From: Nitrospirota bacterium
Lineage (GTDB): Bacteria; Nitrospirota; UBA9217
Assembly (NCBI GenBank): GCA_963840455.1
Contig: CAWIYV010000007.1
Span: 32,001 to 96,000 of the forward strand
Direction of reading: 5' to 3'
DNA length: 64,000 nt
The translations under genes and the position numbers were made by a program. Below, piece after piece: positions 55,900 through 64,000 of the stretch (position 1 is the first letter of the stretch; every line of letters starts with the position of its first letter). The notes below the pieces were generated by a model. That model had not been told where the DNA came from and ran no database searches. It worked only from the letters and a program-made list of their open reading frames with translations.

Positions 55900-57078
55900 A
55901 TGCCCGAAGTATTCAGCAGAATAAAGCGCCTGCCTCCCTATGTTTTCGCCATCGTGAACACCATGAAGCTTGAAGCGAGGAGGCAGGGCGAGGACATCAT
56001 CGACCTCGGCATGGGAAATCCCGACCAGGGAACTCCGCAGCACATCGTCGACAAGCTCATCGAAGCGGCGCAGAACCCGAAGAACCACCGGTACTCGGCA
56101 TCCAAGGGCATCACCAAACTTCGCTCCGCCATCTGCGACCGGTACAGAACGAAATACGGCGTTGACCTCGACCCCGAGTCCGAGGCCGTGGTGACCATCG
56201 GTTCCAAGGAGGGACTGTCCCATCTTGCGCTTGCCACGGTGGAGCCGGGCGACGTGGTGCTTACGACCACGCCGGCCTATCCTATCCATCCCTACAGCGT
56301 GATCATCGCCGGCGGGGAGGTCCGCTCCATCCCGCTCCGGAAGGACAGCGACTTCTTTGCCGACCTGCAGGAGGCGTACAAGAACACCTGGCCGCGGCCG
56401 AAGATGCTCATCATCAACTTTCCGAACAATCCGACGACCCAGGTGGTCGACCTCGACTTCTTTCAGAGGATCGCGGACTTCGCGAAGGAGAACAACATCA
56501 TCGTGGTCCACGACCTGGCCTACGCGGACCTGAACTTCGACGGCTACCAGGCCCCCAGCTTCCTGCAGGCGAAGGGCGCGAAGGACGTGGGCGTGGAGTT
56601 CTACAGCCTCACGAAGAGCTTCAACATGGCGGGTTGGCGCGTGGGATTCTGCGTCGGGAACAAGGACATCGTGGGAGCGCTGATCAAGATCAAGAGCTAT
56701 CTGGACTACGGCATGTTCCAGCCAATCCAGATCGCATCCATTATCGCGCTCAACGGGCCGCAGGAGTGTGTGAAAGAGATCGCGGAGACGTACCGGTCAC
56801 GACGCGACGTGCTCGTGGAGGGGCTGAGCAAGGCGGGCTGGCAGATCGAGAAGCCCAAGGCCACCATGTTCGTCTGGGCCGAGATCCCCGAGGCGTTCCG
56901 GAAGAGGGGATCCCTCGAGTTCTCGAAGCACCTCATCAAGGAGGCAAAGGTCGCGGTCTCTCCCGGCATCGGCTTTGGCGAATACGGCGACAGCCATGTA
57001 CGGTTCGCACTCATCGAGAACGAGCACCGGCTGCGCCAGGCGGCGAAAGGCATTAAACAGGCGCTGCAGAAAAATTGA
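55900..57078 (+). CDS. alaC: PLP-dependent class I/II aminotransferase (AlaC/DapL-like)
   Basis: [44 protein letters not shown]. Confidence 0.8.
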   Translation: MPEVFSRIKRLPPYVFAIVNTMKLEARRQGEDIIDLGMGNPDQGTPQHIVDKLIEAAQNPKNHRYSASKGITKLRSAICDRYRTKYGVDLDPESEAVVTIGSKEGLSHLALATVEPGDVVLTTTPAYPIHPYSVIIAGGEVRSIPLRKDSDFFADLQEAYKNTWPRPKMLIINFPNNPTTQVVDLDFFQRIADFAKENNIIVVHDLAYADLNFDGYQAPSFLQAKGAKDVGVEFYSLTKSFNMAGWRVGFCVGNKDIVGALIKIKSYLDYGMFQPIQIASIIALNGPQECVKEIAETYRSRRDVLVEGLSKAGWQIEKPKATMFVWAEIPEAFRKRGSLEFSKHLIKEAKVAVSPGIGFGEYGDSHVRFALIENEHRLRQAAKGIKQALQKN

Positions 57079-57084
57079 AAGGCT

Positions 57085-57175
57085 TTTTACCGCGGAGATC
57101 GCAGAGATCGCGGAGCAAATACATTGAACGTTTTGAATAAAACTCTCAGCGTACTCTGCGTCCTCTGCGGTGAGA
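57085..57175. repeat. CGCAGAG-type inverted element
   Basis: ttaccgcggagatcgcagagatcgcggag ... ctcagcgtactctgcgtcctctgcggtga. Confidence 0.85.
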
Positions 57176-57205
57176 TTATTTGTATTTTGCATAAGGTGAG
57201 GTGAA

Positions 57206-58522
57206 ATGGCAACGAAGAAATCCATCAACGTCGGCATCATCGGGTTCGGCACCGTAGGCACGGGCACGGCGCGCATCCTCATCGAGAACGCGGACATCAT
57301 CAAGCGCAGGCTCGGCATGCCGGTGAAGCTCAGGAAGATCGCTGATCTGGACATCAAGCGCGACCGGGGCGTGAAGTTGGGCGAGGTGGTCCTCACGAAC
57401 GATGCGAAGGAGGTCCTTGCCGACCCGGACATCGACATCGTGGTTGAGCTCATCGGCGGCTACAAGCCGGCCAAGGAATTCATTCTCGAGGCCATCAAGA
57501 ACAAAAAACATGTGGTCACCGCGAACAAGGCGCTCCTGGCCGTGCACGGCGAGGAGATCTACGCGGCCGCGGACAAGGCGGGCGTGACCGTGGGATACGA
57601 GGCGTCCGTTGCCGGCGGCATCCCGATCCTCAAGTCGCTCAAAGAAGGGCTTGCGGCGAACCGGATCGAGTCCATCTACGGCATCGTGAACGGCACGTGC
57701 AACTATATCCTGACGCTCATGACGAACGAGGGCAGGAAGTTCGACGAGGTCCTGAAGGAGGCCCAGGCCAAGGGCTACGCCGAGGCGGACCCGACCTTCG
57801 ACATCGAAGGCATCGATTCCGCGCACAAGCTCGCGGTCCTGACCATGCTTGCCTTCGGCACGCCGGTAAAGTTCGAGGACATCTATACGGAAGGCATCTC
57901 GAAGATCACGCCGCTCGACATCGAATTTGCGAAGGAGCTCGGGTACAAGATCAAGCTCCTTGCCATCACCAAGATGGTGAATGGCGAGATCGAGGCGCGG
58001 GTCCACCCGACCATGCTGCCGGGCGATTTTCCCATCGCCACGGTGGACGGTGTGTTCAATGCGCTCAACGTGGTCGGGAACGCTGTGGGCTCCACGATGT
58101 TCTACGGCAGGGGAGCCGGCGACATGCCGACGGGCAGCGCTGTCGTCAGCGATATCATGGACATCGGCAGGGACATCCTGGCGGGCTGCACGGGCAGGAT
58201 GCCGGTCGCCGCGTTCCGGGAGAGGGCGCCGCTCAAGATACGCAGGATGGATGACATCACATCGTGCTACTACCTGCGGTTCACGGCGCTCGACAAGCCC
58301 GGCGTCCTGTCGCGGATCTCGGGCGTGCTCGGGAAGAACAATATCAGCATCGAGTCGGTGATCCAGAAGGGCCGGGGGGGGGCCGAAGCGGTGCCGCTCG
58401 TGATGATGAGCCACGAGGCCATCGAGCGCGACGTCCGGAAGGCGCTCGACGAGATCAATAAAATGGATTGCGTCGCCGGTCCAACGATGGTCATCCGGGT
58501 GGAGGAAGGAACAAAAGCATAG
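57206..58522 (+). CDS. hom: Homoserine dehydrogenase with ACT domain
   Basis: GFGTVG, VTANKA, EASVAGGIP, NGTCNYIL, GYAEADP..D.EG.D. Confidence 0.96.
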   Translation: MATKKSINVGIIGFGTVGTGTARILIENADIIKRRLGMPVKLRKIADLDIKRDRGVKLGEVVLTNDAKEVLADPDIDIVVELIGGYKPAKEFILEAIKNKKHVVTANKALLAVHGEEIYAAADKAGVTVGYEASVAGGIPILKSLKEGLAANRIESIYGIVNGTCNYILTLMTNEGRKFDEVLKEAQAKGYAEADPTFDIEGIDSAHKLAVLTMLAFGTPVKFEDIYTEGISKITPLDIEFAKELGYKIKLLAITKMVNGEIEARVHPTMLPGDFPIATVDGVFNALNVVGNAVGSTMFYGRGAGDMPTGSAVVSDIMDIGRDILAGCTGRMPVAAFRERAPLKIRRMDDITSCYYLRFTALDKPGVLSRISGVLGKNNISIESVIQKGRGGAEAVPLVMMSHEAIERDVRKALDEINKMDCVAGPTMVIRVEEGTKA

Positions 58523-58545
58523 GGTCGTAGTCCAGGGGGTAAGGC

Positions 58546-58806
58546 ATGGGAGATGACATCAAGGTGGATAAGACCATAGACATCAGGGGCCAGGTATGCC
58601 CCTATACCTTCGTTCGCTCCAAACTGGCCATCGAAAAGATGAACGTCGGCGAGGTGCTCGAGATCATTCTGGACCACAAGCCCGCCGTCGAGAACGTTCC
58701 CAAAAGCATGGAGAACGAGGGCCAGAAGGTCATGAAGGTCGAGCAGACCGGCGAGAAGGAGTGGCACATCATTGTCCGAAAGGACAAGGAGAAGAAAAAG
58801 TCCTAA
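58546..58806 (+). CDS. tusA: TusA/SirA-family sulfurtransferase
   Basis: DIRGQVCPY, GEVLEIILD. Confidence 0.85.
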   Translation: MGDDIKVDKTIDIRGQVCPYTFVRSKLAIEKMNVGEVLEIILDHKPAVENVPKSMENEGQKVMKVEQTGEKEWHIIVRKDKEKKKS

Positions 58807-58812
58807 TCCTAA

Positions 58813-58900
58813 TAGGGGAGGCGTGAGGAGTAAGGGGTAAGTGGCAAGGGGTAGGGAATATGCAGCACCAACCGTTCACCCCTGACCCCTAACCTTTCAC
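58813..58900. repeat. 7-bp-period inverted repeats (AGGGGTA ... ACCCCT)
   Basis: gtgaggagtaaggggtaagtggcaaggggt ... cacccctgacccctaacctttcac. Confidence 0.7.
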
Positions 58901-58911
58901 GGAAGGTAACT

Positions 58912-59715
58912 ATGGAATTCACCGAAGACCAGATACTGCGCTACAGCAGGCATATCATCCTGCCCGAGGTCGGGGGCGACGGCCAGGAGAAGCTGCTGAA
59001 CGCGAAGGTAGTGCTCGTGGGCGCCGGAGGCCTCGGCTCGCCCGTCGGTTACTATCTCGCTGCAGCGGGGGTGGGCACCATCGGCGTTATCGACAACGAC
59101 CGCGTCGAGATGTCGAACCTCCAGCGCCAGATCGCGCACAACACGAAAAGGCTCGGCGTGCTCAAGGCCGACTCGGCGAAGGAGACCTACGAGACCCTGA
59201 ACCACGACGTGACGGTCGTGACGCACAAGGAACGGCTGACGTCCGTGAACATCAAGGACATCATCAAGGATTACGACATCGTGGTGGACGGCAGCGACAA
59301 TTTTCCGACGCGGTATCTCGTGAACGACGCCTGCGTCATGCTGAAGAAAACGCTGATCAGCGCCGCGGTGTTCCGGTTCGAGGGGCAGGTAATGTCCATC
59401 TACCCGGGCGACGGGCCATGCTACCGCTGCCTCTTTGAGGTGCCGCCGCCCGCCGGCATGGTGCCGTCGTGCCAGGAAGCGGGCATCCTCGGCGTGGTCA
59501 CCGGCGTGGTCGGTACGCTTCAGGCCACGGAGGTGGTGAAGGCGATCCTCGGCATCGGCGTTCCGCTCAAGGGGAGACTGCTGCTGTGGAACGCCCTCGA
59601 TATGAGCTTCCGGACAGTAAAGGTGCCGCGGAACCGTGAATGTCCGGTCTGCGGCGAGCATCCGACGATCAAGGAGCTGATCGACTACGAGCAGTTCTGC
59701 TCGATGTCGCACTGA
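58912..59715 (+). CDS. moeB: ThiF/MoeB/HesA E1-like adenylyltransferase (no rhodanese domain)
   Basis: RYSRH, GAGGLG, SNLQRQ, DGSDNF, PCYRC, CPVC. Confidence 0.9.
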   Translation: MEFTEDQILRYSRHIILPEVGGDGQEKLLNAKVVLVGAGGLGSPVGYYLAAAGVGTIGVIDNDRVEMSNLQRQIAHNTKRLGVLKADSAKETYETLNHDVTVVTHKERLTSVNIKDIIKDYDIVVDGSDNFPTRYLVNDACVMLKKTLISAAVFRFEGQVMSIYPGDGPCYRCLFEVPPPAGMVPSCQEAGILGVVTGVVGTLQATEVVKAILGIGVPLKGRLLLWNALDMSFRTVKVPRNRECPVCGEHPTIKELIDYEQFCSMSH

Positions 59716-59720
59716 GAAAT

Positions 59721-59760
59721 GCGGACACGGTGACACGGGGACGGGGAGACTCGGGGATAG
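59721..59760 (+). repeat. 8-bp-period repeat arm (GACACGGG)
   Basis: ggacacggtgacacggggacggggagactcgggg; no inverted arm seen. Confidence 0.6.
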
Positions 59761-59773
59761 GAACCAATTCGGC

Positions 59774-60196
59774 ATGCTCACGATATCCCGTACCGATTTC
59801 CAGTCGATCATAGACCACTGCAATGCCGGATACCCCGATGAGGCCTGCGGCATCCTCGCAGGAAAGGCCGGCAGGGTGGAAAAGGTCTACTCCATGACGA
59901 ACGCGAGACCGGGCCCGGTCTCCTATGAAATGGACCCGGAAGAGCAGTTCCGCGTCATGAAGGACATCCGGCAGACAGGCCTTGAGATGGTCGGCATGTT
60001 CCACTCCCATCCGGATGGCCGCGCGTATCCTTCGGGCGTTGATGTGGAGAAGGCATACTGGCCCGGGACGCAGCTGCCGAACTACCCCGAGGCAGTGTAT
60101 GTCATCGTTTCCCTCATGGACCGCCCGAACCCGGATGTAAGAGGATACACGATCAGCGGGGGAGCGATACGCGAGGTTCCTCTGGCGGTCGTGTAG
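59774..60196 (+). CDS. JAB/Mov34 (M67) metallopeptidase, Mec-like
   Basis: YPDEACG, FHSHP...YPSGVD (JAMM motif). Confidence 0.9.
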   Translation: MLTISRTDFQSIIDHCNAGYPDEACGILAGKAGRVEKVYSMTNARPGPVSYEMDPEEQFRVMKDIRQTGLEMVGMFHSHPDGRAYPSGVDVEKAYWPGTQLPNYPEAVYVIVSLMDRPNPDVRGYTISGGAIREVPLAVV

Positions 60197-60248
60197 GCGC
60201 ATTTTTCGATTTTTAATTCCGGCCCGTCCGGATCAGGAGGAAGAATTC

Positions 60249-60533
60249 ATGGCGATCAAAGTAAGGATCCCGACCCCGCTGCAGAAACTGACGAACGGCA
60301 AATCGGAAGTGGAGTGCGCAGCGAAGAACATAACGGAACTGGTCGACGCCCTGGAGAAGGACTATCCGGGCATGAAAGAACGCCTTTCCGAGGGCGGCAA
60401 GATCAGGCGGTTCATCAATATCTATGTGAATGATGAGGATATCCGCTTCGTGAGCAAGGAAGATACCGCGCTGAAGGATGGAGATAATATCTCGATCGTG
60501 CCCGCCATCGCCGGGGGTGTGGATAACCGCTGA
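60249..60533 (+). CDS. Ubiquitin-like sulfur carrier (MoaD/ThiS/CysO family) with a capped GG
   Basis: VRIPTPL, INIYVNDEDIR, IVPAIAGG followed by VDNR. Confidence 0.9.
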   Translation: MAIKVRIPTPLQKLTNGKSEVECAAKNITELVDALEKDYPGMKERLSEGGKIRRFINIYVNDEDIRFVSKEDTALKDGDNISIVPAIAGGVDNR

Positions 60534-60540
60534 GTTCATG

Positions 60541-60644
60541 TTGCCGCAGAGTACGCCGAGAACACAGAGACGAAAAAAATTGAATCTTGCGCTTTGAATC
60601 TCAAATGTTTTTTCTCTCGTGTCCTCTGTTCCTCTGTGGCGGAA
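60541..60644. repeat. CAGAG-type inverted element
   Basis: gccgcagagtacgccgagaacacagag ... ctcgtgtcctctgttcctctgtggc. Confidence 0.75.
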
Positions 60645-60661
60645 AATCCCAAGGAGGCCAT

Positions 60662-60901
60662 ATGGCTACCAGAAGGATCAGATTGACGTTCCCGCAGGAC
60701 CTGATCAGAGAGCCGGTGATCTTTACCATGGCAAAGAAGTTCGATGTGATGCCGAACATCCGTCGTGCCAAGGTGACCGAAAACGTGGGCGAGGTCATCC
60801 TCGAGCTCGAAGGGTCAGAAAAGAAGCTTGAAGAGGGAATCGCTTATCTGAAAGAGCGGGGCGTCAAGGTGGATCCCGTGGAGGGAGAAGCGGCGGGATA
60901 G
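60662..60901 (+). CDS. NIL-domain protein
   Basis: LTFPQDLIREPVI..MAKKFDVMPNIRRAKV..GEVILELEG. Confidence 0.85.
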   Translation: MATRRIRLTFPQDLIREPVIFTMAKKFDVMPNIRRAKVTENVGEVILELEGSEKKLEEGIAYLKERGVKVDPVEGEAAG

Positions 60902-60964
60902 TCAGGAGCGGACATCGGTCAACACCTGGCCAGAGACTGCTCGAGAGGCCCACAGTATGTCCTT

Positions 60965-62200
60965 ATGAAATACATCATCTTACTGGGAGACGGAATGGCG
61001 GACCGGCCGTGCGCCGACCTGGGGGGGAAGACCTGCCTCCAGGCCGCCAGGACGCCGAACCTTGACCAGCTGGCGACGCTCGGCCAGGTCGGGATGGTCC
61101 ATACCGTTCCCGACGGCTATGCCCCTGGCAGCGACGTGGCAAACCTGTCGGTGCTGGGATATGACCCGCGAAAGTATTATACCGGACGTTCTCCGCTTGA
61201 GGCGGCGAGCATCGGCGTGGCGCTCGGGCCCGATGACGTGGCGTTCCGGTGCAACCTCGTGACGCTCAAGCTATCGGGCGGCGGCACGGCCAGCACACGC
61301 CGGAAGGTGCTCATGGAGGACTTCAGCGCCGGCCATATCTCCACCCAGGAGGCGCGCACGCTCATCGAGGAGATCGACCGGGCGCTGGGAAGCGAGCATA
61401 TCCGCTTCTATCCGGGTGTGAGCTACCGGCACCTGATGGTCTGGAAGGGCGGCAGGGACCGGATCGAGTGCACGCCTCCCCATGATATCCAGGACAAGGA
61501 CATCCAGGACTATCTTCCCCGCGGCGAGGGCGACGACATCATCAACGAGCTGATGGCGGCGTCCTTAGATCTCCTGACCAACCACCCCGTCAACAAGGCC
61601 CGGCTCGAGAACGGCAAGCGCGCCGCGAACAGCATCTGGCTCTGGGGCCAGGGGAAGCGGCCGAGCATGCCCACCTTCCGGGAGAAGTACGGCATCGAGG
61701 GCGCGGTGATCTCCGCCGTGGACCTCACCAAGGGCCTCGGCGTCTACGCCGGGTTCGAGGTGATCAAGGTGCCCGGGGCCACCGGCTGGCTCGACACGAA
61801 CTACGTTGGCAAGGCGGAGCACGCGCTCTTCGCGCTCAAGACGAAGGATTTCGTGTACCTCCACGTGGAGGCGCCGGATGAAGCAGGACACACCGGTGAT
61901 GTGAAGAACAAGGTCAGGGCCATCGAGGACTTCGATGAGTTCATCGTCGGGAACATCATGCACGGGATGAAGCAGTTCGATGAGTACCGGATCCTTGCGC
62001 TGCCCGACCATCCCACGCCGCTCGAGATCCGGACCCATTCGGCGGAGCCGGTCCCGTTCGTGCTCTACGACAGCCGGAACGAGCGGAAGGGCGGACCGGT
62101 GACCTACGACGAGCGGATCGCGGACCGGAAGGAAGCGCTGGTGTTCAAGGAAGGGTACAAGCTGATGGACCATTTTTTAAATAGAACAACTAAGTCCTGA
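60965..62200 (+). CDS. apgM: Cofactor-independent phosphoglycerate mutase (ApgM family; proposed homoserine kinase role)
   Basis: GDGMAD, PGSDVAN, GRSPLEA, HVEAPDEAGH, DHPTP, HSAEPVP. Confidence 0.9.
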   Translation: MKYIILLGDGMADRPCADLGGKTCLQAARTPNLDQLATLGQVGMVHTVPDGYAPGSDVANLSVLGYDPRKYYTGRSPLEAASIGVALGPDDVAFRCNLVTLKLSGGGTASTRRKVLMEDFSAGHISTQEARTLIEEIDRALGSEHIRFYPGVSYRHLMVWKGGRDRIECTPPHDIQDKDIQDYLPRGEGDDIINELMAASLDLLTNHPVNKARLENGKRAANSIWLWGQGKRPSMPTFREKYGIEGAVISAVDLTKGLGVYAGFEVIKVPGATGWLDTNYVGKAEHALFALKTKDFVYLHVEAPDEAGHTGDVKNKVRAIEDFDEFIVGNIMHGMKQFDEYRILALPDHPTPLEIRTHSAEPVPFVLYDSRNERKGGPVTYDERIADRKEALVFKEGYKLMDHFLNRTTKS

Positions 62201-62299
62201 ACACGAATGTCACGAATGGACGAATCACACGAATAAGATCTGATTTTAGTTTCGCCGTCATTCGTGACATTCGCGAATATTCGTGTAATTCGTGTTCAG
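62200..62299. repeat. CACGAAT-type inverted element without cargo
   Basis: acacgaatgtcacgaatggacgaatcacacgaat ... attcgtgacattcgcgaatattcgtgtaattcgtgt. Confidence 0.85.
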
Positions 62300-62330
62300 C
62301 GATTTTAGTTCTTTCATGATGGAGGGTTCG

Positions 62331-63548
62331 GTGCTTATTGTTCAGAAATACGGCGGCACATCCGTCGGAAATCCCGAGCGGATCAAGAACGTGGCGAAGC
62401 GCGTCGTCCGGACCAGGGAACAGGGCCATGATGTCGTGGTCGTCGTCTCGGCCATGAGCGGCGAGACGGACAAGCTGATCAATCTCGCGTCGCAGGTGAG
62501 CGACAACCCAGACCCGCGGGAGATGGACATGCTCCTCTCGACGGGCGAGCGCGTTACCATCGCGCTGCTCGCCCTTGCCATCCAGTCGCTCGGCCACAAA
62601 GCGCAGTCCTTCACGGGCAGGCAGGCGGGCATCGTATCGGACAGCGTCCACACCAAGGCGCGCATCGAAAAGATCTCCGGCGAGCGGGTAAAGCACGCTC
62701 TGAAGGAAGGCAAGATCGCGGTCGTGGCGGGGTTCCAGGGCATCACCGAATCGGATGATGTGACGACGCTCGGGCGGGGCGGTTCCGACCTCTCCGCGGT
62801 GGCGGTGGCAGCGGCGCTGAAGGCGGACGTGTGCGACATTTACACGGATGTGGACGGCGTGTACACCACGGACCCGAACATGGTTCCGCAGGCACGGAAG
62901 CTTGACAGGATCTCCTACGATGAGATGCTCGAACTGGCGAGCCTGGGGGCCAAGGTGCTCCAGACCCGCTCCGTCGAGTTTGCGAAAAAATACAACGTTC
63001 CCGTGCGGGTGCTCTCGAGCTTCAATGACAATCCGGGCACCCTGGTGACCAAGGAGGACTCAGACATGGAAAAGGTTGTGGTGTCCGGCGTGGCGTACGA
63101 CAAGAACCAGGTGAAGGTGACCGTGCAGGGCGTGCCGGACAAACCGGGGGTCGCGGCGAAGATCTTCAACACCATCTCGGACAACAACATCGTGGTGGAT
63201 ATGATCATCCAGAACGTCGGTGAGGGCGGGCTGACGGACATGTCGTTCACCGTTCCGAAGACCGACGCCAAGAAGATCAACGAGGTCATGAAGAAGATCG
63301 TGGCCGAGATCGGCGCCAAGGGCGTTACGATAAAGGAGGACATCGCCAAGGTCTCGATCGTCGGCGTGGGCATGCGTTCGCACTCTGGCGTGGCTTCGAA
63401 GATGTTCTCCGCCATGGCGAAGGAAGGCATCAACATCATGATGATCAGCACGTCGGAGATCAAGATCTCCATCGTGATCGACGCCAAGTACACCGAGCTC
63501 GCTGTCCGCGTGCTGCACGAGACCTTCGAGATGGACAAGGCAGCCTAG
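62331..63548 (+). CDS. lysC: Aspartate kinase
   Basis: [28 protein letters not shown], two ACT domains; GTG start after GGAGG. Confidence 0.96.
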   Translation: MLIVQKYGGTSVGNPERIKNVAKRVVRTREQGHDVVVVVSAMSGETDKLINLASQVSDNPDPREMDMLLSTGERVTIALLALAIQSLGHKAQSFTGRQAGIVSDSVHTKARIEKISGERVKHALKEGKIAVVAGFQGITESDDVTTLGRGGSDLSAVAVAAALKADVCDIYTDVDGVYTTDPNMVPQARKLDRISYDEMLELASLGAKVLQTRSVEFAKKYNVPVRVLSSFNDNPGTLVTKEDSDMEKVVVSGVAYDKNQVKVTVQGVPDKPGVAAKIFNTISDNNIVVDMIIQNVGEGGLTDMSFTVPKTDAKKINEVMKKIVAEIGAKGVTIKEDIAKVSIVGVGMRSHSGVASKMFSAMAKEGINIMMISTSEIKISIVIDAKYTELAVRVLHETFEMDKAA

Positions 63549-63549
63549 T

Positions 63550-63617
63550 AATTGCGGATTGTAGATTGCGGATTGCGGATTGAAAAACCGCGGGAGTTCC
63601 GCTGTCAATCCGCAATA
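63550..63617. repeat. 7-bp-period inverted repeats (GATTGCG ... CAATCCG)
   Basis: attgcggattgtagattgcggattgcggattg ... caatccgcaat. Confidence 0.75.
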
Positions 63618-63660
63618 AGTAACGTCGAACGAAATACGAACAGCTACCTCGCATCATGTC

Positions 63661-64000
63661 ATGAAAAGGAAAGTACTCATATACGACACGACGCTCCGCG
63701 ACGGCGCACAGGCCGAGGACCTGAACTTCTCGGTTGAGGACAAGGTGCGCGTCACACGGAAGCTCGATGAGTTCGGCGCCCACTATATCGAGGGGGGATG
63801 GCCGGGCTCGAACCCGCGGGACGTGGAGTTCTTCAAGGAGATGCGCCGCGTAAAGCTCAGGAAGGCGAAGCTCGCGGCCTTCGGCTCGACCCGCCGCGCC
63901 CGCCTCAAGGTCTCAGAGGACCCGAGCCTCAGGTCGCTGGTGACCTCCGGTGCCCGCGTTGCGACGATCTTCGGCAAGACCTGGGACCTGCACGTGCTCA
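63661..64000 (+). CDS. cimA: Citramalate synthase (3'-truncated by window)
   Basis: MKRKVLIYDTTLRDGAQAE..DK...LDEFG..YIEGGWPGSNP; follows lysC. Confidence 0.88.
   Translation, partial: MKRKVLIYDTTLRDGAQAEDLNFSVEDKVRVTRKLDEFGAHYIEGGWPGSNPRDVEFFKEMRRVKLRKAKLAAFGSTRRARLKVSEDPSLRSLVTSGARVATIFGKTWDLHVL

Overview
Chromosomal window of a GC-rich bacterium. The hom-apgM-lysC-cimA and rny-ymdB-xseAB-ispA-dxs gene orders suggest Nitrospirota or a deltaproteobacterium; this is an inference. In order, it contains: rny(partial)-ymdB-xseA-xseB-ispA-dxs; a ~10 kb block separating dxs from tlyA, carrying a RluA-type enzyme, a 111-bp tandem repeat array, a tandem-DUF2845 protein and an atypical F-type ATPase operon (delta-like domain fused to alpha, almost Gly-free c subunit); a sigma54-controlled methylcitrate cluster (prpB-prpC-prpD-acnA-prpE); an SOS cassette (small ORF-dinB-lexA) with a GAAC-N4-GTTC box and an inserted GxxExxY pseudogene; a frameshift-rich, methyltransferase-rich surface-glycan locus; a patatin-glpQ-glpD module; and an aspartate-family operon containing a TusA/E1/JAB/ubiquitin-like/NIL sulfur-relay module. 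Many intergenic gaps hold inverted arrays of short 7-, 8-, 9- or 11-bp repeats. One such pair encloses the GxxExxY nuclease-like gene, suggesting a poorly described class of small mobile cassettes. No rRNA, tRNA or CRISPR array was recognised.
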